A stretch of 56,213 nucleotides of DNA from positions 1-56,213 of the forward strand of contig BLSG01000130.1 of NCBI GenBank assembly GCA_012862495.1. The letters run 5' to 3'. Both the position numbers and the translations under genes were made by a program. Positions within the stretch are counted from its first letter, which is position 1. Each line of letters opens with the position of its first letter. Below, piece by piece: positions 35,501 to 48,622 of this stretch. This DNA comes from Thraustochytrium aureum (lineage: Eukaryota). The notes beneath the pieces are model-generated. The model was given only the letters and a program-made list of their open reading frames with translations, was not told the origin of the DNA and did not search any database.

Positions 35501-38500
35501 CTTCCGCGTCACTTTCCTCGTTGATGGCGTGGTCTCGTGCAGCGCTGCCGTTGAGGTCTTCTGGGCGACCGGCGCCGGACTTTGCATCACCAGGCTCCTC
35601 GGGAATCACAGCGTCCTCGACGACTCCGGCTTGGACACCTTCGTCAGACCCGCGGGTTCCTTGGGTGGGAGCGCCCAAATTGCGACCAGTGGGATCACGA
35701 TCCGCTGGCTCCCCGTCCGTGTCGGCGTGCTCGGCCTCCTCCTCCTCTTCAATCGTGTCAACGCCCACAGCAGGCCCTCGCGCAGCATCTTGGTCGAGCG
35801 GTGTTGAGCTGGCGCCGCCGTCGGGCTGCGGCTCCGAGCGCCCCGAGCTATCGTCAGGGTGGCTCGGTGTGGACCCGCGCTCAGCAGCATCTGAGCTCAT
35901 CGAAAGGAGCTTGCGGTTGTAGAATTCGACCGCGCGAAAGTTCATGAGCGCCCAGGCGTGCCAGGCCTTGTAGTTGCCCGGGTCGATCTCTGTGGCGCAC
36001 TGAAACGACTCGAGGGCGGAGCCAATGACGTCCTCCTTGAGCTTGTACTCCTCGATGGCAAACGTCCAAACCCCAAACTTGAGGTAGCACCGCACGAGCA
36101 GCTGGTGGTGGCCCGAGCTGAGCCTCCCCGATTTGAGCTGGCGCTCGAGGGAGTTTATCACAGACGTAAGGTGGTCTATCACAGTAGAGCTTCGCTCGGC
36201 AAAGATCTTGCCGACAACCCCAGTGTCCGCACCGCTCCTCGGAGAAGTCATGGCGAGCGAGAGCGCCAAGCGCGTTCCTGCCGGCGAGCCGGCCGCCTGG
36301 TTGATTGGCGACACCGTGAAGCTCGTTTTCCGCCCAGGGCTGAAACCGCCGACGAAGAAGTGGCTCTGGCGAACGTGCGCACGGTGCCGCGCCTGCACGT
36401 TGTCCGCCTTGAGCACCGCCCAGCGGTACTTGAGGAAGGCGAACGCGACGTCGGGGTCCACCGTGTCAAACTGATCGAACGAGTCGCCCGTGATGCCGAC
36501 GCGCTGCAGCGTTCGGAGACAGATGCGCAGCCGGTTGCTCTTGCGACAAATGGTGGAGAACTTGATGAAGGTCTGGACGTCCTCCTTGGCGGAGAGAACG
36601 AGCGAATGGGCGCCGAGGATGTTTTGCCAGACCGTGACGTTTTCCTGGCACCCGCGGACGCGCTTGCTCCACATTTTCTGGAGCTTGGCTTTCACTCTTG
36701 CAAGTTCCACTGCCGAGTACCTTCCTGAGGCGACCTGCTGGCGAAAGCTGAGGATCTCGTCCAGCTCGGCAAACTGCTGCACCGTCACGATCTGTCGGTA
36801 CGCGCGGTTGTACGACTCTCCGACCAAGGCGGCGAGTTGGTCCCCGAGCAACGCCCTGCCCTTGTCGATGAGGAGCCGGGACTGCGCAAAGTCGTTGTGG
36901 TGCAGCGCAAGCACAGCGCGGAGCATGTAGCCCGTCATGCTCTTGTCGGGAATGAAGTGTGCAAATCCCTCCATGGCCTCCCAGTCTCCGCAGGCCCACG
37001 CGCTCTGGCAGAAAATCGGGGCCATCTCGGAGCGGTCTGCAGAGCTGGTCACGCGCGGCCAGACCTCGTTAGCAAGGTCCATCAACTGGTCGTACTCGCC
37101 CAGGTTGATCAGGCAGCGCACCTTGCCCATGATGTTGTCCAGGTCCGCGGCGCCGAGCTCGCCTCCCGGAAGGCCACCCGCGCTGAGGCTGAGGTTGGAG
37201 TCGCGCTCGAGCTTTTCTTCGTACGAAGCGAGGGCCTCCTCCCAGCGGCCGAGCTTTTCGAACCAGGTCTCTTTCAGCTTGATTGTGCCGTCCTCGCCCA
37301 AATCGTCGCCGTCCAGGAACCCGCCCCCTTCGAGGCTGCTTGGGTCGCCGGGGGCCACCCCCATTACCTCCATGTTGTTGTGCTGCTGCAGGTGCTCGTG
37401 CTGCTGCTGCGACTGGGCCTGGAAGAACTGCTGGTGCTGCGCAAGGGCAGCCGCGGCCACGCCAAAGTCGAGCATGTTGACGTCGGGGATGGACTGCGAC
37501 GCCGGCGGCGTGTAGCTGATCTGGTACTGGCGACGCTGGAGTTGCTGCACGTAGTGCAGGATGCCCACTGCCGCTTCTGGCTGCTCCAGCTTGTTGTTGA
37601 TGCTGATCAGGCCCTCGGTGCAAGCGCCGGGCAAGTTGCGAAACACCATCTCCTTGTAATGCAGCGCCTTGGCGTAGGCGTGGCAGCGCTGGGCGTAGTC
37701 GCCGAGGTCGCGAATCCCGATCGGCAGGACGCGGTCGTCGTGCTCCATAAACTCGGCGAGATCAAGCAGCGTTTTGAGCGTGTCAATCGGCGTCTTGGGC
37801 GACTTGAGCGCGACGTCGAGCGACTCGATCAGGCTCGCCTGGAACGGCTCGGTGAGCGCGGACCAGCAGGAAACGAAGGCTGCGTTGAAGAGCTCCTTCG
37901 CGAGCGGGTTGTAGACTTGGGCCACCGCGGAGCAGGCGCGTAGCGCAGGGCTGGGCGACTCGCGAAGCAGCTCGACGCACATCCGCCGCATCCATTCGGC
38001 CCACTCGTCGCTTGTGGAGCGATCCGAGAACTCCCAGGCGCGCTTGAGCTTCACTTGGTTCACTTGGAGCTTTTTCTGCCCTGTCCCGAGATCCTGGTCG
38101 GCGGTGAGGGGCGGCAGGCCTGCTCCGCCTTTGCCGCCGTCCAGGCCGAGGCTGGCCGCCACGTTTGCGAGCGGGGTGCCGCCTGCCTTGCTCGTGCTCT
38201 GCGTGTAGAGCGCACCGAGAAGGGCATCAAGGTGACGCTCTTCGGCAGCCGGGTCTGCGACCTCGGAGGTGATCAGGCTCAGCGTGGTGCGGTACCGCTC
38301 CACCGCGTAGGGCGAGATGGACCGCCCCTTGAGCGAGTTGTCCACGGCATGCTGAAACATGAGGAAGACGCCGCGGAAACGGAGCGCGAAGATGCAAAGC
38401 GTGTCCACAGCCTGGCACTTGACGCTGCTGTCCGCTGGGCGGCGCAGGAGCCGTAGCAGGCATTGCATCGCGTTGAGCGCATAGTCGCCAAAGTAGGCAT

Positions 38501-41500
38501 GCGAGCTTAGGCGGCCCAGAGCGTGCATGGCGTACATTCGGGTTTCCGCGAGCGCAGCGTCGGTCTCGACAAGGTCGACGAGCGAGGGGATGATGAGGTA
38601 AAAGTAGTCGGTGAGCGTAAAGCTGAGCGTCTCGATCGTCTTGAACACGCGCCGCGCCGAGGCAGGCGTTGCGTACTTGGTGTAGCTTCATTTTGTGCAT
38701 CGCTGTCAATTCTGCGAGTTCGGCCTCGCCGCCAAGCGAGCCCAGGGCAGCGGCTGCTGCCGCTGTCGCCGCGGCAGCAGCCGACGCCGAGGTCACATGG
38801 TGCGCCAGCTGCGAGGCGCCGCCGGGGCCCATGGCGCTGGGACCGGGCGAGACGCGGAAGCGGGGTCGTCGCTGCTCTCGTGCGCGCGAACGGCTTGCAG
38901 GCTCCCAGCACCATTTTGCCCGAAAGACGCCGCGGTCACGGCATGGCCGCGCCGGGAGACCTGCGCTCCGAATACCGTCGCGAACCTGCTCGGCGCCCTG
39001 CTGCCATCGAGCCCGCGCTGGCCGCGGACGACGACGCGTACGAGGCCGCGAGCTGCAGCCTCGGGCCAAAGTCGCCGAGCAAGCGAGCTGGGCGCCCGAC
39101 GCCAGAAATGCTTGCGCTGTGCACCCCGGAGAGCGCGCTGGCGTTGAAAATGAACGAGTGGCGCGGCGTCTTGTCGTGCGCGGCCTCGACCCGGATGAGC
39201 TCGAGCACAGCTAGCAGGTTGGGGACAATGAGACGCGCGTAGGGAACAAACTCCTCGCGGAGGGCCTTGGAGATTTCTTCGATGAGGAGGAAGACCTGGT
39301 CCAGGTTTTCGTACCAGTAGCGCAGAATCAGGTGGAAGATGTCGTCCAGGTACGGGCGAACGTGCTGCCTCGATATGGCGACCACGACGCTTATGTTCTG
39401 GAACAGCACCTTGCGAAGCTCTTGCTCACAGACGGTCGCTACACCGAGAATGCACGGCATCACCTTTGGCAGGAACGGAACAAAGCCGAGGCCGAGGCTT
39501 CGAAAGATGTGCGTCAGCGCCTGCACAACCATCGAGTGGTGCGTCGACAGCGTCGCATCTTGGATGATGCGCATCAGGGCGTCAATCGCTACGGTAGGGT
39601 AGTAGAGCTCGTCCTTCGGGCCAAGCGGCTCCACCTCGTCGTTGCCGCGAAGCCGGGCAGACTCGTCTGGGTTTTGCGCTGCGTTTGCACCGGCTCCAGC
39701 GCCGGCCCCCGCGCCGGTATGGCTCTCGCCAGGGCCGACGTTGTATCGGGAGCTGTTCGAGGACGACTCGGACCGCGCGTCGTCGTCATTGACCCCGGGG
39801 CCGAACGCGAGGACGCCGCCGTATGGCGTCGCTGCTCTGCGACGCGCGGAGCGCGCGAGGTGCTTGTTGCGCTTGGCTTCGAAGGGATCTAGGGCGCCAA
39901 GCGTGCCGAGCGCCTTGAGCGCCTCCTCGCGCAGGTCCCAGGAAAACGTCGCGCTGCCGCGCCGGATGACGTCGAGCAAGGCGTCCAGGAGGCCCGGGTA
40001 GTCGAGCAAGGGCGAGATGACCTGGCCGGTGGACCGCACGAGCTGGCTCAGCGTGCGAAGCGCGTAGCGGCGCTTCTCGGACGAGCCCTGGTCCTGCAGG
40101 ATGTCGATAAGCAGGGGCATCATCGCGTCCATGTAGTCGCTCATGTTGACCCCCTCCATGGAGGCGATCTCGCCGAGCGTGCGCAGAATGGCGGTCGACA
40201 TGGTGTTGCGCGAGTTGACGAGCTTGGCAAGCAAGATGTTGATCAGCGACACGATGCTCGGCGCGATGAGCGGCGACACCCTGTCCGCGCTCGGCGAGCC
40301 CCAGCGAAAGTTGTTGAAGCCGGCAACAATATCCCCAAGCAGGATAACCGCGCCCTCCTCGCGGTGGTCCTGGTTTGGCGAAAACTCTAGCTGCGCCATC
40401 GCAGCCAGGATGCACTTTCGGATGGCAGGTTGGATGTGCGCCGGATTGCGCGGCGCAAGTCGCGACGCCATGGCGGTCGCCACGCGTCGCACGCTAAAGC
40501 TCTCGTCCTGGAGGGCCACGAAGAGAGCGGAGAGCGCGTCCTCCTGCATCAGATACTCGTCAAAGCGCTCTTCGTTCTGCAGACACTCGAGCACGGCGAG
40601 GCGGATCCCCGGTTCGGGATCGGAGACGCCGACCATGAGGAGGCGCCGCACGCCGCTCGCGGTGAGCCGCGCCGACTCGTCCCAGTTTGCGAGCAGCAGC
40701 TTGGTGTTGTCGTCGCCGACGCGCGGGGGCAGGCCAAGGGCGCCGGCAGTGGCGTGGGCGCAGGGGTCAACCTCTTGGGTGGGCGCGGACAAGGCCCCCG
40801 CCGACCGCTCCGGGAGGAGCAGTGCGCCCACCGTTTTCGCGACCTCTTTTCGGATCTCGTGGTCCGCGTCGTCGATGTAGCTGATCACGACCTCGTGGAG
40901 GAACGGAAGCAAGTTGACGCGCTCAAAGTTGAACTCGCGCAGCGTCTGGAGCGCAAGAACAAGAGGTCGCGCTCCCGCTTGGACCGGCGAAGAAATACGC
41001 GGCGGCTGGACCAGNNNNNNNNNNNNNNNNNNNNNNNNNNNNNNNNNNNNNNNNNNNNNNNNNNNNNNNNNNNNNNNNNNNNNNNNNNNNNNNNNNNNNN
41101 NNNNNNNNNNNNNNNNNNNNNNNNNNNNNNNNNNNNNNNNNNNNNNNNNNNNNNNNNNNNNNNNNNNNNNNNNNNNNNNNNNNNNNNNNNNNNNNNNNNN
41201 NNNNNNNNNNNNNNNNNNNNNNNNNNNNNNNNNNNNNNNNNNNNNNNNNNNNNNNNNNNNNNNNNNNNNNNNNNNNNNNNNNNNNNNNNNNNNNNNNNNN
41301 NNNNNNNNNNNNNNNNNNNNNNNNNNNNNNNNNNNNNNNNNNNNNNNNNNNNNNNNNNNNNNNNNNNNNNNNNNNNNNNNNNNNNNNNNNNNNNNNNNNN
41401 NNNNNNNNNNNNNNNNNNNNNNNNNNNNNNNNNNNNNNNNNNNNNNNNNNNNNNNNNNNNNNNNNNNNNNNNNNNNNNNNNNNNNNNNNNNNNNNNNNNN

Positions 41501-43920
41501 NNNNNNNNNNNNNNNNNNNNNNNNNNNNNNNNNNNNNNNNNNNNNNNNNNNNNNNNGCGAGCGGAGGGAAAAACGAAGCGCCGTACACGGACTCTGTGCC
41601 TTGGCCCTGGCGCCAATCCAGCGCGTCAAGCTCGCGGTCTTGGCCGAGAATAGAGCGGGAAAACGACGAGTTGGTGTCGCCGAGGCCCATCGCTCGGGAC
41701 CCGTTCGCGGATGAAGCCGCCGCCGCTGCTGCTGCTGTTGCAGCAGCTGCTGGCCCGGGGGCGCGAGACGAGAAATCGGCGCTCGCCTGCGTCGCGCCTG
41801 GGCGTTGGCCCAAGGGGAGCCCTGGCTGTGAACCAGCCCCGCGTTGCGCGACGTGGTAGCCCGGCCCGTGCGGCGCGTACAGCGCGCCAGAAGAGCTCCC
41901 TCTGTGGTTGTTGGCCTTTTGCGGGGGACGAGGGCGTTTGCATGTGCGACGCCGCCATTCTTCATGTACATGGCCGCTGGGAACTGCGTTTCGAGCGCCT
42001 CCAAGACGTCCAGGTTGGCAAACACGGAGCGAACAGCGCCCAGCTCCCAAATTCCGCCTCCTGCTGGCGCGCGGAACGGGGCGTTGGCGAGGGTGAACGA
42101 CAGCGCGTGCAGGAAGTAGGCGACCACCATCTCGCCCATGGAGGGAATGTGCAGGCGCAAGTCGGAGAGCGCACGGATGAGGGACCGGCTGAGGCCGTTG
42201 CTGAACATCTCCTCAAGCAGGCCGTCTGTCATGTTGTGCTCCAAAAGCGACGGCCCCACGGCCTGCGCAAGCATGGATATGCATTTGAAGAGCGCAGAGC
42301 AAGGGTGGCCCTCGTCCTCGTCCTCGCGAAAGTCGCCGAGCCCTTGCGAAAGCCGTGGAGCGGCTTTGGCGGCTGCGGCGGAGGAGGGGGGGACGAAGGG
42401 GCCCGCCGCGGCTGCCTCGACGAGCCCCTCGCGGACACGAAGCACGATTTCGGGCAGAAACGGTAGCACTCGGGTGTTGACGGCGAGAGCAAGCCGGCCG
42501 AGCGCCAAGAACGCGGCGTCCCGTTCTGGCGCCTTGCTCGCTGCGTCGAAGAGGTGGTTGATGCACTCGTTCAGATACTCGCGCACGAAGGCGCCGGGGC
42601 AAAACTGCGCGAGCTCGGGGAGAAGGGCGATCACGGTGCGCCGCACGAGCGGGTCTTTGTACGTGCGGTACCGCAAAATCGTGTCGCACACTTCCGAGAA
42701 GCGCGGCACCATAAAGTTGCCCGTGTTGCCAAGCAGTTCACCGAGCGTGAGCAGGCTTCCGTGTATGGTTGCGGCGGTGCCGTGCAGAAAGCCCTGGCGC
42801 GCGACCTCGTAGACGTTGTAATACCACTGCACACAGAGCCGCGACTCGCGGTTCAGCACCAGGGCGAGGCAGGCGCGCAGCGCTAGCCTGGCGGCTCCGC
42901 GCGTAAACTCGCTTGAGTCGTGGATCGCGGTGTGGATGAGGTCGAAAACGGTGGACACGTGACCATAAAAGAGCACCGGGCTATTGGAGGCCAGCTCTTT
43001 GACGACAAGCACGGCAGCCAACTTGCGCCTCTTGAGGATTGGCGGCTCGCGGGACCCGCCGAAAAAGCTCACTGTCCGCAGCGCTGGAAGGTGCAGCGCG
43101 CCGCCAACCTCGGCCTGGGCGGCGGCCACGAGCCATTCCATGGCGCGCTTTGTCTCAAACTCGACGAATTCTGCCGTGAGGTTGCCGCCGTACTGCGACA
43201 GGCGGCCCAGCGCTTCGGCGGCCAGCACAAGCGTCCAGTTGTCTACGCGGGCTTCCGGTTGCTGCAGTACGATTCGAATGTAGTTGGCGAACCGAATCAG
43301 CTTGTTCTCGTTCTCCTCGTGGAGCACCGACGTGAGCTCGCGGATCGCGTGTACGCCTCCGCGGACGAGGACGGTCACGCTGTGCTTGGAGGGGTCTTCG
43401 CCCTGCTGTTCGCGGCGGCGACTGGCGGAGCCGGCTGCAGCTGGGTCACTCGAGTTGCCGTCGCTGGCTGCGGCGTTGCCGCTGCCGTCTGCGCCGCGCT
43501 CGGGCGCCTCGCCGGCCCAGGCTCGCCTGGAGCCGCGCCAGTTGGCCGCAGGGCCGTCGCCGCGGCGCCCGCTGCAGAGCGCGAATATCCTCCCGTAGAG
43601 GTGTTCATAAATTTGGCGAACTGCTCGCTCGACAAGAGGCGGTACTCGGCCTCGACCAGCTGGCGCAGCGCGCTTGCCGCGGCGACCTGTACAGCCTCGT
43701 CCTGGTTTGCCAGTGAGGCGAACAGCTCGCTCGCGTCGCCCGACCCGGACCCTTCCGCCTGGGCCGACTCACCGGTGTCCTCGCTTCTCTCATGTTGCTG
43801 GAGCCTGGCCCCGCTTTTCCCTTTTTCTTTGCTGGGCGCGCGCTCGCTGCGGATTTGCTCGCGCTGCCCAAGTTGGCAACGCGCGGTGGCGCCTCGCCGG
43901 CGTGGGCGCCCGCCACCATG
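32536..43920 (-). CDS. TOR: Target of rapamycin (TOR) kinase; spans gaps, several apparent indels, start approximate
   Basis: N-terminal ELFASLANQDEAVQ..LIRFANYIR and HEAT repeats. FAT (WMRRMCVELLRESPSPALRAC, CHAYAKALHYKE, ESYNRAY). FRB (RVAILWHEEW..ASRLYF..AWELYY). Kinase (KGHEDLRQDERVMQLF, GLGDRHPSN, HIDFGDCFE). FATC (QVQRLIIQATSYENL..GFCPAW*). Confidence 0.95.
35395..35520 (-). repeat. Poly-Asp/Glu trinucleotide low-complexity tract within TOR
   Basis: Runs of TCC/TCT/TCA/TCG on + strand encode EDDEEDEDEEEEDDDDEEEEEEE... Confidence 0.9.
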
Positions 43921-44754
43921 GCGCGATGGCCCGTCCGGGCACGATGCGGTGTTCTGCGCCCCTCCAAAGCGGGCGGATCACTCCACGCAGCGCTNNNNNN
44001 NNNNNNNNNNNNNNNNNNNNNNNNNNNNNNNNNNNNNNNNNNNNNNNNNNNNNNNNNNNNNNNNNNNNNNNNNNNNNNNNNNNNNNNNNNNNNNNNNNNN
44101 NNNNNNNNNNNNNNNNNNNNNNNNNNNNNNNNNNNNNNNNNNNNNNNNNNNNNNNNNNNNNNNNNNNNNNNNNNNNNNNNNNNNNNNNNNNNNNNNNNNN
44201 NNNNNNNNNNNNNNNNNNNNNNNNNNNNNNNNNNNNNNNNNNNNNNNNNNNNNNNNNNNNNNNNNNNNNNNNNNNNNNNNNNNNNNNNNNNNNNNNNNNN
44301 NNNNNNNNNNNNNNNNNNNNNNNNNNNNNNNNNNNNNNNNNNNNNNNNNNNNNNNNNNNNNNNNNNNNNNNNNNNNNNNNNNNNNNNNNNNNNNNNNNNN
44401 NNNNNNNNNNNNNNNNNNNNNNNNNNNNNNNNNNNNNNNNNNNNNNNNNNNNNNNNNNNNNNNCTTGCTTTTTCTTCCTCTACATGAAGGCCAGCCTCCT
44501 GCGGTCTCGCGCGGGTGCCGGGAAGCTCGATGTCTGTCCGCGGCGCGGCGTTTTCAAGAAGGTTGGGGCCCGTGCGGTGGAGCGTGCGGCGAGGGCATGC
44601 TCGGCGCGAGAGCCACCGCCTTCCCGGACGCGCGGGCCTGCGTGAACGGTCTCTTGAGCAAGCAAGCAAGCAGAGTGTGATCTTTATTAAAACTGAAACG
44701 TAAGGGTACCACGCTGGCCGGCTGACGAGGGCACGCGGCGCCGCGGCCTACTGG

Positions 44755-45265
44755 TCAGATATCCGACATACTTGGCGGCTGCAAGTCGTGATTGGCCGGC
44801 GGGCGGTCCGGGTGATCGCGCCCATTCCCGCCGCTCGTCGGGCTGCTCGGGTCAAAGGACTGCGGGAGCGCATACTCGGCGGACGAAGAGCTCGACTTTT
44901 TTGCGAGGCCGAGAGAAGCGATCTCCTCTTGCTTGGCCTGCATGGCAGCCACGACCTGGTCCACGCGCTGCTTGTAGCTCGCGTATATGGCGTCAGCCTT
45001 TGCGCGATCCGACTCGAAAAACGGAAACACATCAGTGCCAAAGTCGTGCTTGAGCTTTGTGAGCTTGCGCTTCAGCAGCTCCAGGTCGGCTTTAGCCTTG
45101 GTGCGCTTCGCGGCGCGCTTGCTCACATCGGCGGCTTCAGCAAAGCCGGACTTGGTCCGCGCCCTATTCCAAACCTGTCAGCGTGGTGGCTCCACTCCAC
45201 TCCACGGCCGCCCCGCCCCGCCCCGCCCCGCCCCAGCCCCGCTCAACTCACCAAAAGTCACCCAT
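44755..45265 (-). CDS. Small two-exon hypothetical helical protein (exon 1 45265-45252, intron 45251-45164, exon 2 45163-44755)
   Basis: ATG GGT GAC TTT TG|GTGAGT ... GCTGAC ... AATAG|G GCG gives MGDFWARTKSGFAEAADVSKRAAKRTKAKADLELLKRKLTKLKHDFG..., in frame with the 123-aa ORF. Confidence 0.7.
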
Positions 45266-45685
45266 GCCGCCCAAAGCTGCCGGCAGAGCTGCGAGCTAAG
45301 CGTGGCGCGACAACCGGCGCGCACGACGTCCAGGCCAACGTGCGCAGATCTGCTCCGGGGCGCGCCTCGCGCTCTCCCACAACCAAGCAAGCTCGCTGGC
45401 TGGCTGGCTGGCTGGCTGGCTCGCGCGCTGGCTGGCACCGGTCGTGCGCTGGCTGGCACCGGTCGCTCGCGGCAAGGTATGGGGGATGGAGGTCTGCAGG
45501 CCACCCTGGCACAAAGGGCACGCACGTTGCGCTGGCAGATCCCGAAAGCGCAGCAGAGCAGGACGCGCAGGGCGGGCAAGTAGACGGGCCAGCGAGAGCT
45601 AGCTTGGTAGATAGTTGCCAGGGCGCATCGGGGGCTCGCGCGGGCTGCGGCGGAGCGCCTGCAGGCCAGCTCGCAAACCGCGAGA

Positions 45686-46300
45686 ATGAGCAGCGAGCGC
45701 GCGGTGGCGGAGAAGGAGAAGGGCAATGCCTGCCTGAAAGCAGGCGACCTGGACGGCGCTGTCGAGCACTACTCGAGGGCGATCGAGCTGGACGGGTCCA
45801 ACCACATTTACTACAGCAACCGTTCTGCAGCGTACGCAAAAATGGAGAGCTGGGCCGCAGCCCTCGCGGACGCGACGCGCTGCGTCGAGCTCGACCCAAC
45901 GTGGGCCAAGGGCTACTCGCGTCAGAGCGTCGCCTTCAGGGGCATGGGGGAAACCGCAAAGGCTGACGCCGCATCGATACGGGCGAAGGAGCTCGGCGGC
46001 AGCGCGCCGCCCGCCAGCGCAGCGCCGCCCGCTGCTCCGCGCAGCGCTGTGAGCACGTTTCGATCCGTGTCGAACCTAGCGAAGGCGCTGCTCGTGCTGC
46101 GGGGCTTCTTGATGGTCAACATACTCCGGTACCTGTTGCCGGGAGGCGGGTACAGCGGGTTCCAACAGGCGCTGCTGGCCGCTTTCGGCTGCTACGCGCT
46201 CGAGCTGTACCAAGCTCATGGAAAGCCTGCGCGCAGCGCGCAGTACGCGCAGCGGCTGATGATGGACTGGCGCAGCCACTACGCGATGACGGCCGTGCTC
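45686..46300 (+). CDS. TPR (Sti1/SGT-like) domain fused to a probable TMEM33/Pom33 (UPF0121) membrane domain; 3' end in gap
   Basis: KEKGNACLKAGD..AVEHYSRAI..YYSNRSAAY..DPTWAKGYSR is a chaperone-clamp TPR. It is followed by hydrophobic segments and YAQRLMMDWRSHYAM, resembling the TMEM33 motif. Confidence 0.7.
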
Positions 46301-47016
46301 NNNNNNNNNNNNNNNNNNNNNNNNNNNNNNNNNNNNNNNNNNNNNNNNNNNNNNNNNNNNNNNNNNNNNNNNNNNNNNNNNNNNNNNNNNNNNNNNNNNN
46401 NNNNNNNNNNNNNNNNNNNNNNNNNNNNNNNNNNNNNNNNNNNNNNNNNNNNNNNNNNNNNNNNNNNNNNNNNNNNNNNNNNNNNNNNNNNNNNNNNNNN
46501 NNNNNNNNNNNNNNNNNNNNNNNNNNNNNNNNNNNNNNNNNNNNNNNNNNNNNNNNNNNNNNNNNNNNNNNNNNNNNNNNNNNNNNNNNNNNNNNNNNNN
46601 NNNNNNNNNNNNNNNNNNNNNNNNNNNNNNNNNNNNNNNNNNNNNNNNNNNNNNNNNNNNNNNNNNNNNNNNNNNNNNNNNNNNNNNNNNNNNNNNNNNN
46701 NNNNNNNNNNNNNNNNNNNNNNNNNNNNNNNNNNNNNNNNNNNNNNNNNNNNNNNNNNNNNNNNNNNNNNNNNNNNNNNNNNNNNNNNNNNNNNNNNNNN
46801 NNNNNNNNNNNNNNNNNNNNNNNNNNNNNNNNNNNNNNNNNNNNNNNNNNNNNNNNNNNNNNNNNNNNNNNNNNNNNNNNNNNNNNNNNNNNNNNNNNNN
46901 NNNNNNNNNNNNNNNNNNNNNNNNNNNNNNNNNNNNNNNNNNNNNNNNNNNNNNNNNNNNNNNNNNNNNNNNNNNNNNNNNNNNNNNNNNNNNNNNNNNN
47001 NNNNNNNNNNNNNNNN

Positions 47017-48622
47017 GAAGACGCTCGAGCAACTCGCCCGCGCAGACGGTGCGCGAACGTGGACCCGGCTCGGGCCATCCTTGTGCGACATAATCGACAA
47101 GAGCTTTGAACTGGACGAGGGCGAGCGCGCGCGAACGCACGAGGAACTTGCAGCGCAGGAAGCCCAGCGCGCGGCAGCCACGACGTCTATCCCGACCCTG
47201 GTGCACGAGACGATTGGGTGGAAGGCGCTCGAGACGTCGATGCGCGGCCTCGAGAGCCTCGTGCGCGGGTACGGGCCTTTGTTCGTGGCAGATGGGCACC
47301 TGGAGTGGCGCGACAACTACGTCGTCACGCTGGTGGCGGAGCGAGGCCTCGCGCACGAGAACCGCTACGTGCGCGAGGTGACGTACGACCTGTGCAGCGT
47401 CGTAGCGAGTGCGGTCTGCGGGTTTACGCAAGGGCGGCGCAACGCTGCCACGGACGCGCTGGCTGGCGCAGTGCAGCGCGGCCTGCAGGACAACTGGTCG
47501 CAGGTGCGGTTCGCGGCGAGCGTGGCCACCCGCAACTTGATGACGGGCCTGCTGGCCGAGGAGCGCGAGCCGTACCTCGCCGCGCTCGTGCCGCGGATGT
47601 GCCTGAATCGCTACTACTTGGCCGAAGGCGTCAAGCTCTACTCGCAAGACACCTGGCGGCTCGTTTTCCCTGGCGAGCAAGGGCGCGACATCGTAGCCTC
47701 GCAGATCGGCCCCGTCGTCGAGTACTATTGCGCGCAGTCGCGAGCCGACAACCACGGCGTGCGCGAAGCCGCGTGCTATTGCATCGCAGAGCTATCGGCC
47801 AAGGTGGACCGCGAGGCCATGTCGCCGTTCGTCGAGGTGCTTTTGCAGGCGCTTACCGAGTGCTTTCGCGACGACAGCTGGCCGGTGCGCGACGCCGCCT
47901 GCGTGGCGACGGGTCGGTTCGTGACCAACTTTCCGGACGAGTCGAGCGCGTTCCTCGACGAACTCTTCACGCTCTGGTTCGACCACCTCTCAGACAACAT
48001 TTGGTCGGTGCGCGAGGACTCGGCGGTGGCGCTCGGCAACGCGATGCGGGCATACCCAGAAGAGGGCGTGCGCCGCGTCAAGGAGGAGCTCCCCAAGCTC
48101 CTCGCCAAAGTGCACGAGCCTGATGCTGCAACCCACGCGCACAGCCACGCGGGAGACGAACACGGCGACAGCGACAGCGAGGCCGAGGGAAGCCCTGCTC
48201 GGCGCAAAGCTGACGGCTCTCTTTCGATCGACGCAGAGGGCCTGCGCAGCGGGCCGCCGACGGCGACGGCGATGCCGCCCTCGTCGCCGCGGTCGATGGC
48301 AGGCGCAGAGTCTACGCCGCGGCAAATCGTTCAAGGAAGCCTGAGCGAGCTGCACACGAGCCGCGGAGTGGTTGCAGACGAGGCGCACTCGAACCAGCAG
48401 CTTTTCTCTTGCGGCTCCTTGGCGCCAAAGCTCAAGCGGCGGGGCGTGGGCTGCATGGACCACGGCTACACGCGCCCCAAGAGGAACTGGGAGAAGACTG
48501 ACGGCGCAATCTACCTGGCGCGCGAGTTTGCGATCCTCTTCCCGGAGGAGATGGAGGGCTACATGGCTGCGCTCGCGAGCGTGCTGCGCGCCCCCCAGGC
48601 CACCATCGAGCTGCACGTGACG
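47017..48622 (+). CDS. Uncharacterised HEAT/ARM-repeat protein (internal fragment between gaps)
   Basis: Repeated HEAT-like turns: HENRYVRE, QDNWSQVRFAAS, ADNHGVREAAC, DDSWPVRDAAC, DNIWSVREDSA. Confidence 0.8.
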
